DNA of 64,000 nucleotides from Chlorokybus atmophyticus (taxonomy: Eukaryota; Plantae; Mesostigma and Chlorokybus algae). The notes below the pieces were generated by a model, which saw nothing but the letters and a program-made list of their open reading frames with translations, searched no databases and was not told where the DNA came from. The stretch spans positions 788,524-852,523 of the forward strand of contig RHPI01000560.1 in the NCBI GenBank assembly GCA_009103225.1, read 5' to 3'. This document shows positions 36,584 to 49,274 of the stretch, piece after piece; positions within the stretch are counted from its first letter, which is position 1; each line of letters begins with the position of its first letter. The position numbers and the translations under genes were made by a program.

Positions 36584-39347
36584 GAGGAGGGTGAGTTGTA
36601 CATCATGTTACATGAACGTGATTGTCATGATGGGCAATGCACGTAGTGTTTCAACTCAATGTGACGAGCCTCGCTGAGTGGCTCACACTCGCTTGTGTGG
36701 CGTTTGCAGTCAGGTCATTATGCGTATGATACTTAGCAGGCATGAATGTCGAACCTGCGCATCACGGCAGCATTGCACAAAAGCGCTCATGCTAAAGCAG
36801 GGTGTGGTTGAAATCAACAACAATGCACTTTGCACAACATCATAAGCTGGGATAGCACGAAGCACAACAAAGGAGATGATTGCTTATCAACTAGTCGTGA
36901 GGCTGCCATTGGTGCACATGATGCCGCTGGTGGTGGACCGGCCAAAGCTTAGTACTTGTGCGACTGCATCGGAAGTATTGCTGGACGCCAAGGAATACGA
37001 GGATAAACCGCAACCTAAGTGAGTGGGGATGTCAGTCTCAAACGCATCTGTTGATGCAGTTGTGATGTAAAACTACACACCACATGTGCTCCGTCTACAC
37101 ACTACACCAGTAGATCATCTGCGTACTTGCATACAGTAGACTCGTTTGCATTTACATATATGGGTACATGGGTAACCATGTGGTTCGCATGCACGTGCGC
37201 TCGCACGCACATGTGTGTGCGCACTCATCAGTCGTTTCCCAACCTGAGTTTCTGCGGCGAAGTGGCTTGATTGCGGTGGCGCTCTCCAGGTCCGTGCTTA
37301 CTGTGTACTGCACTACCATCCCAACCCGCGCCTGCACTACCCTGCGTACGCTCTGCGTGACAACGCTGGCCGCACGATGACGCTGGTTCAATTAGACAGC
37401 ATCACCACAATCACATCGAGCTGAGACCTCTTCAATGCCAATGGGCATTACTGGCCGACACCGCCTCGAGGAGATGGCCTCATCAAAGGAGCTCGCGCGG
37501 ATCCTTGCGCGCGTGGCTGGCACTTGGGCTCTCCCAACTCCTCGGCCGGACCCGCACCGGTGTGTGTGTACCAGAAGAGAAAGACCCCGAGGTGGGTGTG
37601 TCGGTCCTCTCGGCGTGGCCGTCGCTCTTCCCAACATGCTGGAAACGCGACCATCGCCACGCCCGCTTCTCCAACCGTTGGTATCTTGGGGACGAATGGT
37701 TGTTGTGTTGTCGGGTAGTACACTCGCGCTGCAGGCGCGTGGAGCGAGAGGTCACTGCTCCTCGGGTGCAGCAAGGCGATGATGACAAGACATCCCTTCT
37801 CGGTTCGGCCGTGTGTTATCGCGTGCCGCGAGGGTATGTATGTATCCAGCTCTCAATCTCTCTCGGCATCCCCTGCGACTTCGCCTCCGAGTCACCGCTG
37901 CGCGTGTTTGTCCCGACCTCACGGCAAGGACTACTAGTTGTGCAGCGCCTGCGGGGACACAAACACCACGTCAAGCTCGCCTCAGGACGAGGACGACTAT
38001 TTTTAGTAAGTCAGTGAGAGGGCGTCTGCGGGATTCTCTCAAGCATGTTGTTTGGGCGCAGTTGGAGCGCCACGGACATCTGCGCGCTACGTGTCGTCCA
38101 CGTGAAGGGCCTGTGGTTGTGCAGCGACAGGTGAACTGACTAGGTTGGCTATGCGTCTTGTGCTTGTGCTGCACACAAGATGTGCTGCTGATTGCGACGG
38201 CGACTAGACTGCTGACATGCAGCCGCGTGCGTGCATCATGATGCCCCAAGCTGTAACATATATTGGGGACCAGATTTGAGCACGCAATACAAAGTCGACG
38301 AGGGATGTGAGTTGGTGCTAGACGTCATAAGATGCTCAGTGCATGCTACTAGTAGTACTGCTTACTCTTTTTGTCGGAATCGGATTCGTTGCCGTGATAC
38401 ACGCGCCTCACAGCATGCCTTAAAGGAGTAAGCCGTGCCAGCTTGCTCACCTTGTTGCACAGTTTTGAACGGTGGTACTCAACGACATGTTGCCAACACA
38501 TGCTGCTGTGTGAAGCATTCTCCGAAGTGCCTCAGTCCGTGACTAGCCTATGATCAATGACAGGGCTGACCTGCCTCACCACGTTGACTTGCATGGGCTC
38601 GCATGCGAAGAAGGGGAGGGAGGGGATTGGCTCAGCTGTTCTCGGCTTCAAGGAGCGAGTGTTGCCTTGTCATGGAGCGGGCAGAGTATCCTCAGCAGTC
38701 TTGTCCTCCTGCTCCTCCTCATGCTACATATCTGACGTCGTCCACCGCCCGGCGGTGCAAAGGCTTTGCAAGCGACGCAGCAGTTTTGAGAGGTCCCACA
38801 CATCAGCTTGCATACCAGGCGGCAGATCAGAGCTCAGCCTCCCATCCTTCAAGTCTGGATGAGAAGCCCTCAGATAACAGCGCGGTGATTCTCTTGCTTG
38901 ACAATATTACTGACGAGGTGATGGGGCTGACCACAGGCTGATGCACTGTGATTGCAAAGTCCTGTGGCTGAAATGCCAGGTGAAAAGGTCCAGACTTTGA
39001 GTGCTTGTCTCAACCAGCAGGATGCAATTTGGATCCTGTTGAACTCGCATGCATAGTGTAGAGTTGTTGTTCTAGCCTTGCAGCTAGTGTGGTGTTGGCC
39101 CTTGGCCGCTCCAGCTCCACAAACAAGCAGGAAGTCAGCGAGTCTTCAAGTAGGGTAAGTTGGCTTTGTTTGTTTGTTTGTTTGTTTGGTGCAGCAGTAG
39201 AGTTGCACATTCGCCAAGCCATGCACAGTGTGCATGGCCGCACAGAGAGAATTACTGATGCATGCTGCATACCATGGTCAATATCTGCACCTGCCTGCAG
39301 ACGCAGCAAGTAACCCTGCTTGCTATCATCTTGTGCTCAGGGCCAAC

Positions 39348-40197
39348 ATGAGTGGTGAGCAGCATGAAGAAGCCAAGCATCTGCCCATGCAGAGCGAGAG
39401 CGACAGAAGGCACAGCGACCTGACACTGATTGTTAAGGGGGAGAGGTTCTATGTCACCAAGTGGATGATGGCCAAGTACAGCGCTGTGTTTGGCGACATG
39501 CTAGCGTCGTCCTCTCTGTCAAATGCGGTGAGCAGCTTGCTGCGATCAAGTGCTTCTCAGATAGTGAGCAAGGGGGAGATCCTACGTAATCAACTTGGAG
39601 TTCTCCTACATGCTTGGGCTTTGAGTGCTGAACAAGTTGAACAGGAGCTAGAACTTGACGATGCACCCGAGCATGTAGGAGGACTTCTCAACCACCTTTC
39701 TCCGGACAAGGACCTTCCTGTTATCAAGCAGGTAACCATGTGACAGGGGCATTGCATGAGTATAAGGACATGCAGCATATGCTTCTAGTGAACACTTTTC
39801 ACTTCAGTCCAATGCACGCAAGTTTGTTACCGCTGCCTGATTGTTTTGTCGTAATGTTTTGATGTCGTAATGTTTGCTGCAGGACAACTTGGAGCCTTTG
39901 CTGGCTCTCGCAGACAAGTATCAATCTAAGATCATCTTCGACCGATGTGAACCGTATCTGTTGGGTCATCTGTCCATTGATACTGCGCTCCTCGCTCAGA
40001 GATATGGCCTGGAGAAACTGACAGCAGCCTGTGTTGAGCACCTTACTCGCCATGACAGCACAATGCGCGAGCTTATGGATCCGAAGCTGCAGAAGTTATG
40101 CTGTGAAACGCTTTACGCGGTGTACACAGGCGCACTGAAAGCAAAAAAAGCCTACATGTGGAAGCAATACGGCTATAATCACTGCTTTGCGGAGTGA
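39348..40197 (+). CDS. BTB/POZ domain protein, multi-exon
   Basis: HSDLTLIVKGERFYVTKWMMAKYSAVFGDML...ELDDAPEHVGGLLNHL...LLALADKYQSKIIFDRCEPYL. Confidence 0.85.
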
Positions 40198-40624
40198 CAC
40201 CATGCACTAAAAGTGTACTGGACGCCTGTTGTCCTGTTCGTCACTAATCGCACTACTACTCACAACTGTATATAGGTGCACTGTTTACAGTGACTTGGCC
40301 CGTGTACATATTGCATACTGAGCGGCACACATGAATCAAGTTTAGCTGCTGTAGCAGTAAGGCATTGGTGTTTGGTGTCGCTGATTACAAAGGCATTGCG
40401 CCGCACATTTGGCAAATAGCAGTTGCGATGCCAGGTGTGTGGTGCTTGAACGCAATAACCATTGCTTGTGTGCTGTACTACTTGAGCTTTGGATAATGTT
40501 TCCACCTTCAAGTGAGCCGCACAGACTGTACCGACAAACAGACATGCAGGCCAGGCAAGGACGCGCAGCAATGTGTAATATGTCAAGGTTGATCGCCGTG
40601 CATGTCTGACCACTGCAACTGATT

Positions 40625-40870
40625 TGCAACCCTATCAGAAGGCGCAACACAACTCCACTGTACCTTTGCATTATGTTGGGCGCTATTATAACTCAACTGG
40701 CGGCACTGGTGTCTGCAAACATGCCAGACTTCAGGTCAGTGTCGCAACATGACTGCCGGTCCTGCAAAGAGGAGAAGAAGAAGCTAAGCAAGCGCACGTT
40801 CATGTAGCGCAAGTTCATGCGTGTATGATATTTGCAGGTCGTAAGCCAATGACTGCCAGGGCAAAGTCAC
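40625..40870. repeat. Diverged dispersed repeat, copy 2
   Basis: Collinear with 27165-27420. Confidence 0.75.
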
Positions 40871-40929
40871 AGAAACGCCTGATCACGCACGCATGAACTG
40901 AGCTGTACTGCTCAATACAATGGAATTGC

Positions 40930-41270
40930 TCACCACAAAGTCACAAATCGACGTTGCAACAGTTGGCATGCAGACTGCCAGTGTGTGCTCCAAGTGCTGC
41001 GCGCTTGGGTGGCGGAGTCCCAGGCCAGGCGTTGCCAGAAGGCGCAGAGGTGGCCAATTGAGACACTGAATAGGCCTAGTACTTGCCTCCAGCTCGGCGA
41101 AATGTCGCCCGCCACGCCCAACACGGCTGCCACCAGCAAGTAGGAACGTCAACACCGCCCCGCTATCGCTGCCGCTCCACACAGCTCCGCCTGAGCCTTG
41201 GCCACCGATGACGCCGACACGGCCGGCAACATGGAAGCAGCTGGGCTCCGTGCTGTCCGGGGGCCAGCTT
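40930..41270 (-). mobile_element. Possible C-terminal remnant of a non-LTR retrotransposon ORF
   Basis: LLVAAVLGVAGDISPSWRQVLGLF...LCAFWQRLAWDSATQARSTW resembles LINE ORF C-termini and lies just upstream (minus strand) of a dispersed repeat. Confidence 0.3.
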
Positions 41271-44244
41271 GAGGACCATGCTTAACGGAATGACAAACCT
41301 ACCGCAGGGGGGGGGGGAGAGGAGAAGACGGACTGCTGCTCCAGAGCAGGGAAGTTCCGGATGGAGAGGATGAGCAGACCAACCTGCTCAAGAGTATGCA
41401 TGAACCGTTCGTTGTACACGGATACGAGTACTTCTAGTAATTGTATCAATGTGCATTCAAGCACATGCTACTATGTTATTTTTGATCATATAATATGAAA
41501 CTCACACGGGTCGCCCTCATAAGTGATGGTGTTGACAACGTTAAAGACTCGACAAACAATCTGCAATGTGACGTACGCACGGTGCATGTTAATGTCATCT
41601 CAACTACTCTGCTTACACGCAATTGCACGATGTTAAGCTTGTCCTTAACTTACACCGTTTTTATATGTATACTTGAAGAGATGATTGTGGGCGCAGCAGC
41701 GTTTATCAGTTATCAATGATGGTACCGACAAAAGGTAACTACATACCTATTTATATGAGCTTACAGGCGCATGTATATCATGCATTTGAGGTTATTATAG
41801 ATTGTTGTACGTGAATTGTAACTCGCCTCGCATCGGTTGAAAGGCAGCTGAAACCCTCTCAGAATCGGTACAAGATGGTAGAGAGCCATATTGTTATTGT
41901 TCATGCCTTATTTTTTCCCTATAAAAATACTACACGTTTACACGTGCGTTTTAAGCGCTCGTGCCGTTTATATACTACCATACCTAACCCTAACTAATAT
42001 CACCGTCATCACCATTAAGAGGTGCTCATAAGCATGCATTCGCGAGGGCGCGTGTAACGATACCACTCACTTACCTGCTAGTGAGCCTCACCAACTTGCG
42101 CACAAGCACAAAGGACTTATGCACAATACACCCTGGTGCAGCACCTCGTGGAGGGAACACACAGCACCAGAGTCGGGTAGGAGAGGATGACCGCTAGCCC
42201 TCCAACAGATCCCACACACACAAGTGCAGCCACACACACACGCCGTAAGGGATGAGGGGGAGAGCCCCTTCAACAGCTACAACCAGGCACCCCACACACA
42301 AGTGGCCCTTAAGTGGTGAACACACTCTGATCCCTACTCAAGGTAGCAACGGAGCTTTTATACCATTTGCCGCTCTCCCGACCCGGCACACAGCATTTCC
42401 AAGGTCCAAGGCCTTGTCACTGTGTGCTGACCTGCCAGCACATGCTGATTGTGTCCACATAGGATCTGTCCCATCACAAGACATCAACCTCGGGATTATC
42501 AAACCTCAATATCATGATTGTCAAACAGATCATACTGGCAAATTGCATGGCTGATCTGCGATTTGCCACTTGCAGCACGTGTGCTGCCCCAGTGTCACTG
42601 CACTGGCACTCCACAAGTCATGCAGAGCATATGGCACCGAACAGCCCTGTGCGTGCTGATATACAGTGCCTTGTGCAGCTACATAGCCCTAGCTACTAAG
42701 TAGACAAGGACTGACCACATAAGCACACATGCCAAGTGCTACACACCATGGCATGCGATATCCTCACTTGGTCCCTCTTACTTACCACATAAGTAAAGAA
42801 CTGAGAGTGACTTTCGCCAGCCCTTTGGGCGTGACAGCGCGTATGGAGTGTACATCGCTATCACCTTTGTAATAAGTATGCAACAAGTTTTGCAACGTTG
42901 ACAAAACCGCAAAGACGCTGAATGTTTTTTCATGTGTAGCACCAGGTGGCTTGAATTACCCTAAAACTGCATGTTAACCAACATGCATGGCTTAAATATA
43001 TTTGTTAGCATGCCACGTAGTCACTATCATGCCATGCGGTAACCCTGCGACGGTACTCGTATACTCGTTACTAGTATCACACAGCTCATGATGAAATCAA
43101 ACAAACGGATGCAAAGACATCAATAAGATTTGTGCAAAATCGTGACCATTACTGCAGCCTCAATGCGATGTAAGAATTCATACTTAAGATATTGTTGTTA
43201 TTGCACAATCGCACGTTATAGATGTGAAATATTAGATGAAAATGCTGTATGTTCATTATTTGCACATGCCAATTGTAATTGCTCCGCTAATTCTCGATGC
43301 CATACATCATGCATGCACATGCATCAAACTTGTGTTTGCTTGACAATTATGCTGCGTGTGCCCAACCCAGCATAATTGTTCGAACCAAGCTGTAGCTAAC
43401 CCAACTTGGCTTGCGTACCGGTAGTGCAAGTCCATGCAACGATGAAATTGCGCATCACTAATTTGTAGTCGGACATGCGGCGGGATAAGAGCCGGGCCAT
43501 TGATTTGCAATTCACAATTTTTTAAGTTCAGCCTGACCGGTTCAGGGTCACGTCTCTGCTCTCTCGTTCGCGGGAAAGCGCGGAGCTGCGCGGTGTCCTA
43601 TTCGCTGCTCTGGTGTGCTCCTGAGTGGCCGTAGATTCGCGGTGTTTCGATCGTACGACGCTGATTGGTTCTGCCCGCGACTGATTGCAGATATGGGTTG
43701 TTGGGTCTAAGCCTCCCGCCGCGCGACGCGTGGCACCCGAGTGCCATGCGAGCAACCCGTCCCGTGCGCGGAGCGGTGAGTTGCTTGCTTTGCCGACGCA
43801 GCCGCTCACTGGGCAAGAGCAGGCATCCGGGCAGGCCAATTGCCTTTGCCGCATGTGACCATGCATGGGTTGATCCCGCTGCTGCACCTGACAGCGGCGG
43901 CGGCGGCGGCGGCGGAGTCTTCAAGGTCGCTGCCTGCATCTGGCGGAGTGTCTACCGCTCCTCCTCCCTCGCAGTCGACAAAACAGGCGAGCTGGGGACT
44001 GGACTGCGAGTATAGCAGCCTTGTCAGATTGGGGGTAGGAAGAGGATCAGGACGCGGCGGCGGCGGCGGCGGCAGAGGTGGTTGTGCTTGGTAGTGTGGT
44101 AGGTGTCGGTGTGTGAGAGATCGGGGTCGGGAGTACTGTCGATGGTGTTGGTAGCGAGGGGCGGCGGACGCAGGCGCAGGCCATGAGGAGCAGAGGAGGA
44201 GGAGGAGGAGGAGGAGGCTGTCGCCCCTGCCGCCGCCGCCATCC

Positions 44245-44295
44245 ATGCACGACCCCAGGGAAGGACGAGGATCGCAGTCGTCCCAGCAGCAGTCA

Positions 44296-44358
<63 letters not shown>

Positions 44359-46153
44359 GAGCAGAGGGAACGAGAGCACATTCAGCAACAACAGCAACAG
44401 CTCCAGCAGCAGCAGCAACATCTTCAACAGCATCAGCCGGAGGGATCTGCGGCAGTGGCAGCGGCCGCAGCGGCCGCCGCTGCTGCGGCCGTGTCAGCGG
44501 GGTATCCGCGATCACCACAACACCCACAGCAACAGCGCTCTGAGCACTTCCCGTACGCCGGCATTGGCGGAGCCGCAGGCGTGCTGGGCGCCGGCCTTGC
44601 GGGCCTAGGTACGCAACCCACTACTCAAGCATGCACAACATCTGGCACACATACACGTACCCACAATCAGCTAGTGAAGCGCATGCGACAAACAGTACAT
44701 CAGTTGGTACATTTCGATCTATGTGTCCGCGTGTCCATGGCAATGTCACGCCATGTGCGCGTGTTTGTGTGGAGTCCATGTGGGGAAGCACGCAAACTTG
44801 TTGGCGTGCACTGGAGCAGGGATTGGTATGGCTGTGGGTGCTGCGGGGGGAGGGGAGGAGGGCATGTTGGGTTTGCCGGCGGGGCTGCCCGCTTTACCGG
44901 CTCCAGAGCCGGGTAAGAGGAAACGGGGGCGTCCGCGCAAGGCGCCTCTCGCGCTTGGGAGTGGCCTGGTCGGCGTCTTCGGGGGCGCGAGCACGGCAGC
45001 CGCACCTAGTGCGGTACCCGTCGTCAAGCGCGGGAGAGGCAGGCCACCGGGATCAGGTACATACATTCATGCATCGTCACTACACACTGGGCGTGAGAAG
45101 GGTTGTTGGTTCTGGAGCAAATCGGTAGATTTCACACATTTGCATCTGCAGGCTCTTCGCTGTCGCCGCATGTGATCAACGTGATGCCGGGTGAGGTGAG
45201 TTTGTGCTCTCCCTTCTCGCGCACGCTCGCTAACAGCCACATCAACTTTTACAGTGCATATGTTGACTCAATGGACTCCACCTTCACTTTCAGGACATAC
45301 TTGCGGTGATCATGCAGTACCCTCGCGAAAGAAGACGAGGTGTGTGCGTGCTCGCCGCGCACGGCGTCGTCTCTACGGCCACGCTCGGCAGACCCGCACA
45401 GCCCGGCGCAACCGTGCGGATTGAGGTAAGATGTTGGCAGTGTGGCTGTTGCTGTTGTTGTTGATGTTGGTTGTGAATAACTGTCTCTCCCCACCAGGGA
45501 AGACTTGAGATCCTCACATTTTCTGGTGCACTGGTGCCGCACGACACCTCCGCCGGCTCGCGTGGCGCGGGCGGCCTCAGCATATCGTTTGTGAACTCGG
45601 ACGGGCAGGTGCAGGCTGGAAGCGTGGAGGGACCGCTCATCGCCTCCACAGTCGTGCAGGTGAGCACAATGCACTGGAGTTTGTATGCGTGTGCCTGCGC
45701 ATGTGCGTTTGCGTGTTCATGACACATGCTCTTCTCTTGCAACAGCTTGTGTTGGGTAGCTTTCGGCACGGGGAGGGCCCCGAAGCGGCGAGCACATCCG
45801 TGTCTGCGGAGGCCCAAGCCGTGCTCGGCATGTTGCCAGGGACATCCTCTATGCATCATCATCAGCAGCAACAACAACATCAACACCATCAGCAACAGCA
45901 ACAGCAACGCCACGCGGCCGGGACGCAGCAGCAGCACGCGGGCATGGGCCACATGACTCTGGAAGAGCAGGGCAGGGCGATGCAGGCGCTGCAGCTGCCG
46001 GGAACCCACTGGCAACAGCACCCGCAGGCACAACAACAGGCTCAACAACAAGCCCAACAACAGCAGCAGCAGCAGCACCATCAAGCCAGCCTCATGCTGC
46101 CTCACCTACCGGACTGGCCCGTGCAGCCCAAACGGGAACGGGACCCGCGGTGA
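44245..46153 (+). CDS. AHL: AT-hook motif nuclear-localized (AHL)-type protein: poly-Q, two AT-hooks, PPC/DUF296 domain
   Basis: KRKRGRPRK (~44915-44943), KRGRGRPPGS (~45026-45055). PPC exons 45152-45195 SLSPHVINVMPGE, 45294-45425 DILAVIMQY...GVCVLAAHGVVS, 45498-45659 GRLEILTFSG...GGLSISFVNSDGQVQAGSVEGPLIASTVVQ, 45746+ LVLGSF. Confidence 0.9.
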
Positions 46154-48733
46154 CGCAGAGTCTCTTCCATTCAACGAGAGCGGTCCTCCCACAGCTGACT
46201 GCACATGCCGTCCTTAACTGATGTGCATTCGACACTGTAACATGGGCCCGATTTATCCTTGAGAAAGCACGGCATCACCCACATGTAGACTAGACTTCAT
46301 TGTGCACACGCCAGCCCAGCTGCCAAAGATCACGTCATCGCAGTTGGCTTGGCCGGATAGCGTAAGCACCCCACCGAAGTTCTGCTTACAACATTGTATT
46401 TATACCAGAGATACTCTACAAGCACCTCCTCAGAGAGACCCACACCAAGCCACACCAAACCAGGATATATATGTAACGCTAGACCCAATGCACTGCAATT
46501 TTTCCTCCATTGATGCGACTTATTTGCGCTGATGCTCTGATCCCCTGGTATTATTGGCCTCGGCAATGCTGTGTGCTGCGTATCAGCTGTGAACGTCGGT
46601 TATTGTAGTCAACTGGTTGATTACTAAATCCCACTTGTCGGACATCACATGCACCATGAATGACACCTCTGCTGCCACTGTCCATTGCAAGCAACAGTGA
46701 CAACAACAAATGAGCATGCATACATGGTTGGATGCAGCCCCCTGTGCAAACAATTCATGCGCTTCAAGTTGAGTGATTGGCGTGTATCCTCCACATGGTA
46801 ACCTGTGCATTTGCCAGTAAGTCAGTGCTGGCCAATGACAGCAAGTCCCAATAGCTTCTTCGCATGTTGGTTTTCTCAATGCACATGGCAAGCTCATCTG
46901 CTGTCCGTTTTGCGCACTTGTAGGGGCACACAATACAAGGACGGTGCACTACATGAAGCTGGTAATAGTAATTATTGCCGTCGAAGTGCACGCATGTAAG
47001 TTGAGTTGCTGTATACTATACGGTGTGTAGGCCATACTATGGGTAGCCTATGCACATTCGGTTAAAGGATGGTGCACATAGCAGCTCCCTATTATGACAA
47101 ACACAGCAGTCATGTAATGCACAAAGCTCAAACCCTTCATCAGACGCGTTGTGTTTTTTCGAGCAATCTCAGCTGCAATCACCCCAGTACATGTCAATAC
47201 AATGGGCACACCGGTGCACGAGCGTGTGTACGACACACTTGACGGGCTAACAACATGGTTTGACAACCTCGCTGCTGGCTTAACCTGGCTACATCTGCAA
47301 CATGGAGAGAAAAGCACCTGGAGACAAGCGCTGACAGATACGAGCAATGAAACAACCTGTCGGCTACAATCGTTACTAGTTGGGCAGCAACAACTCAATT
47401 TCATCAAACTTACAGCGAGTAATTGGAGTCCTCCAATTAACCTTATTGCCTGTAATAAAACGGCCACAAAGAACATGCAGCAAGCGCCTGCCTTGCAAAG
47501 CATGTGCAGAGGGAGGATCCTCTTATGAAATATCTCTGATCTAGTACAAGATTTCATGCACGGCTGCGAGCTTGAGTGATCTTCAGGCCTAAGATGGACA
47601 CTCGCCTGAGTTCAAAGGTCTTATAATGAAGTTCAGTGTCATATTCATCCCTCACCTCGTCTTCGGCTTCGATGAGGATTGCAACGCCATCAGCGATGGC
47701 AACGCCATCGATTCAACCATCCACAAGATATGATAAATGTTAGAGAGAGTTTAACAAAAGGCAACAATTACACTTGCATAGCAACCTTGCCATTTTGGCT
47801 TTGAAATTTTCTCTTATGAAGCCGCCTTGGATTTGCATCGCCATGCGCAGCGAGCAGTTTAACACTGTGCTCTGCAACCTCGCCTTCCTACCAAGTGTTA
47901 CACGCTTAATGGAACCTTTGTGGCTTCTCACCTATTCATAGAAGTAATACGTCACAACCAACACTTCTGCATGACAACTTACGTATGCAACCAGTGAACC
48001 TTACTTGGGCTTCGAACGGAGAATCGTCTCATCTGACCTGCACGTACTCACCACCGTCTTTGCTCCACATTCTCAAACAACGGCCAATTTACAAGGTGTT
48101 CACTCGGAAGGCACGGACTCGACTCTGCAATAGTGTCACCTCTACAAAGCATGATTGCCTCTTTGAACTGTGCATGATAGGCAAAGCAACACTCAGTTGC
48201 ATTGATAACTTGCTTATGTACAAATCACTTGCAGAAACTCATGTGTTAAAGGAAGGTTTAAGCTCACTGCACTTTTGGGGACGGAACGATAATAATGGCG
48301 CTTCCACTCTTGAGAGGGTCTGTCCTCATTCGAAAATATCAACGTCACATCGTCAAACCCTTGCTTGAGTTTGTAATACGGCACTTGCTGTAGAGACGAG
48401 GTTCAAGTAAGGTGACAAAACAAACACCATAACACCATGAAGGCACACACCAGTGGCAAACCTAACTTTGCTCCATTGTCAACCGACGCAAGAGACATGG
48501 TTTGCACGATAACCGCCGCCCAAAGCTGCAGTCTTCCTCCGCAATGTGCCCGCCGCCCGCCCATTCAGCACAACTTTTTTCTGGTCTACAAACACGCAAC
48601 CCATCCTTTAAACTTGAAACACAGCAGACATCGAACAACACGATTGCTAATAAACAAACACCAACACTCGAACGGGAAACCCTAACACAGCAGATGATAG
48701 TGGCGCGCGGACTGCCGTTGTAGTGTCGGTTAA

Positions 48734-49274
48734 TGTGGAATAGGCTAAGAAGGGCTTCTGAAGCATCAATAAGTAATACACAACCTTTCATGGTAGCGAC
48801 TTTGCTACCATGGCCTAGTTGGTCGAGCTCGGCGTTACATTGGTAATCGGAGCTTAAATTCTAAGGTACTGCGTTTGAGTCCCACCGGGCGCGAGTGGGT
48901 AGGTTTTGGGTGTCATCGGTCGATGGAAAGCAGACTGGTCAAAAAACTGGTCGGATCGATTGACAATTAACTGTAAAGGCCGATTAACTGACTCGACGCG
49001 CAGCGTCACTGGTGCGCGCGGCCACGGGGCAAATCGCCGCGGATAACTACGCGGCGTGACCGGTAACGGCTGGTTATGACCGCACGCGAGCAAGCCCTGC
49101 CGATTAGAAAGGACCAAGATATGCAGGTCAATCGCGGTTAAAGCCGGGTGTAAGTAATGCTGGTTGATGTGGAATAGGCTAAGAAGGGCTTATGAAGCAT
49201 TAATAAGCAATGCACAATCTCTTATGGTAGCAACTGTTGCTACCATGGCCGGGTTGGTCGAGCTGTGCGTTACA
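48734..49274 (+). mobile_element. TRIM-like miniature LTR element: 106/107-bp TG...CA direct repeats, Met-type PBS, 328-bp non-coding interior
   Basis: 48734-48839 vs 49168-49274 about 88% identical. TGGTAATCGGAGC at 48841-48853. No clear PPT or TSD. Confidence 0.62.

Noticed and set aside
37380-38900. GC-rich overlapping ORFs as a gene
   Set aside because: No recognisable domain and no consistent exon chain could be built on either strand.
42055-42478. Solo LTR (TGTAAC...CATCACA)
   Set aside because: No TSD and no second copy in the window.
47100-48400. Decayed coding sequence in an AT-richer block
   Set aside because: Short ORFs with no recognisable motifs.
48789-48895. Functional or circularly permuted tRNA gene
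   Set aside because: Acceptor and T stems do not pair, there is no T-arm upstream, and the central part is explained by LTR end + PBS.
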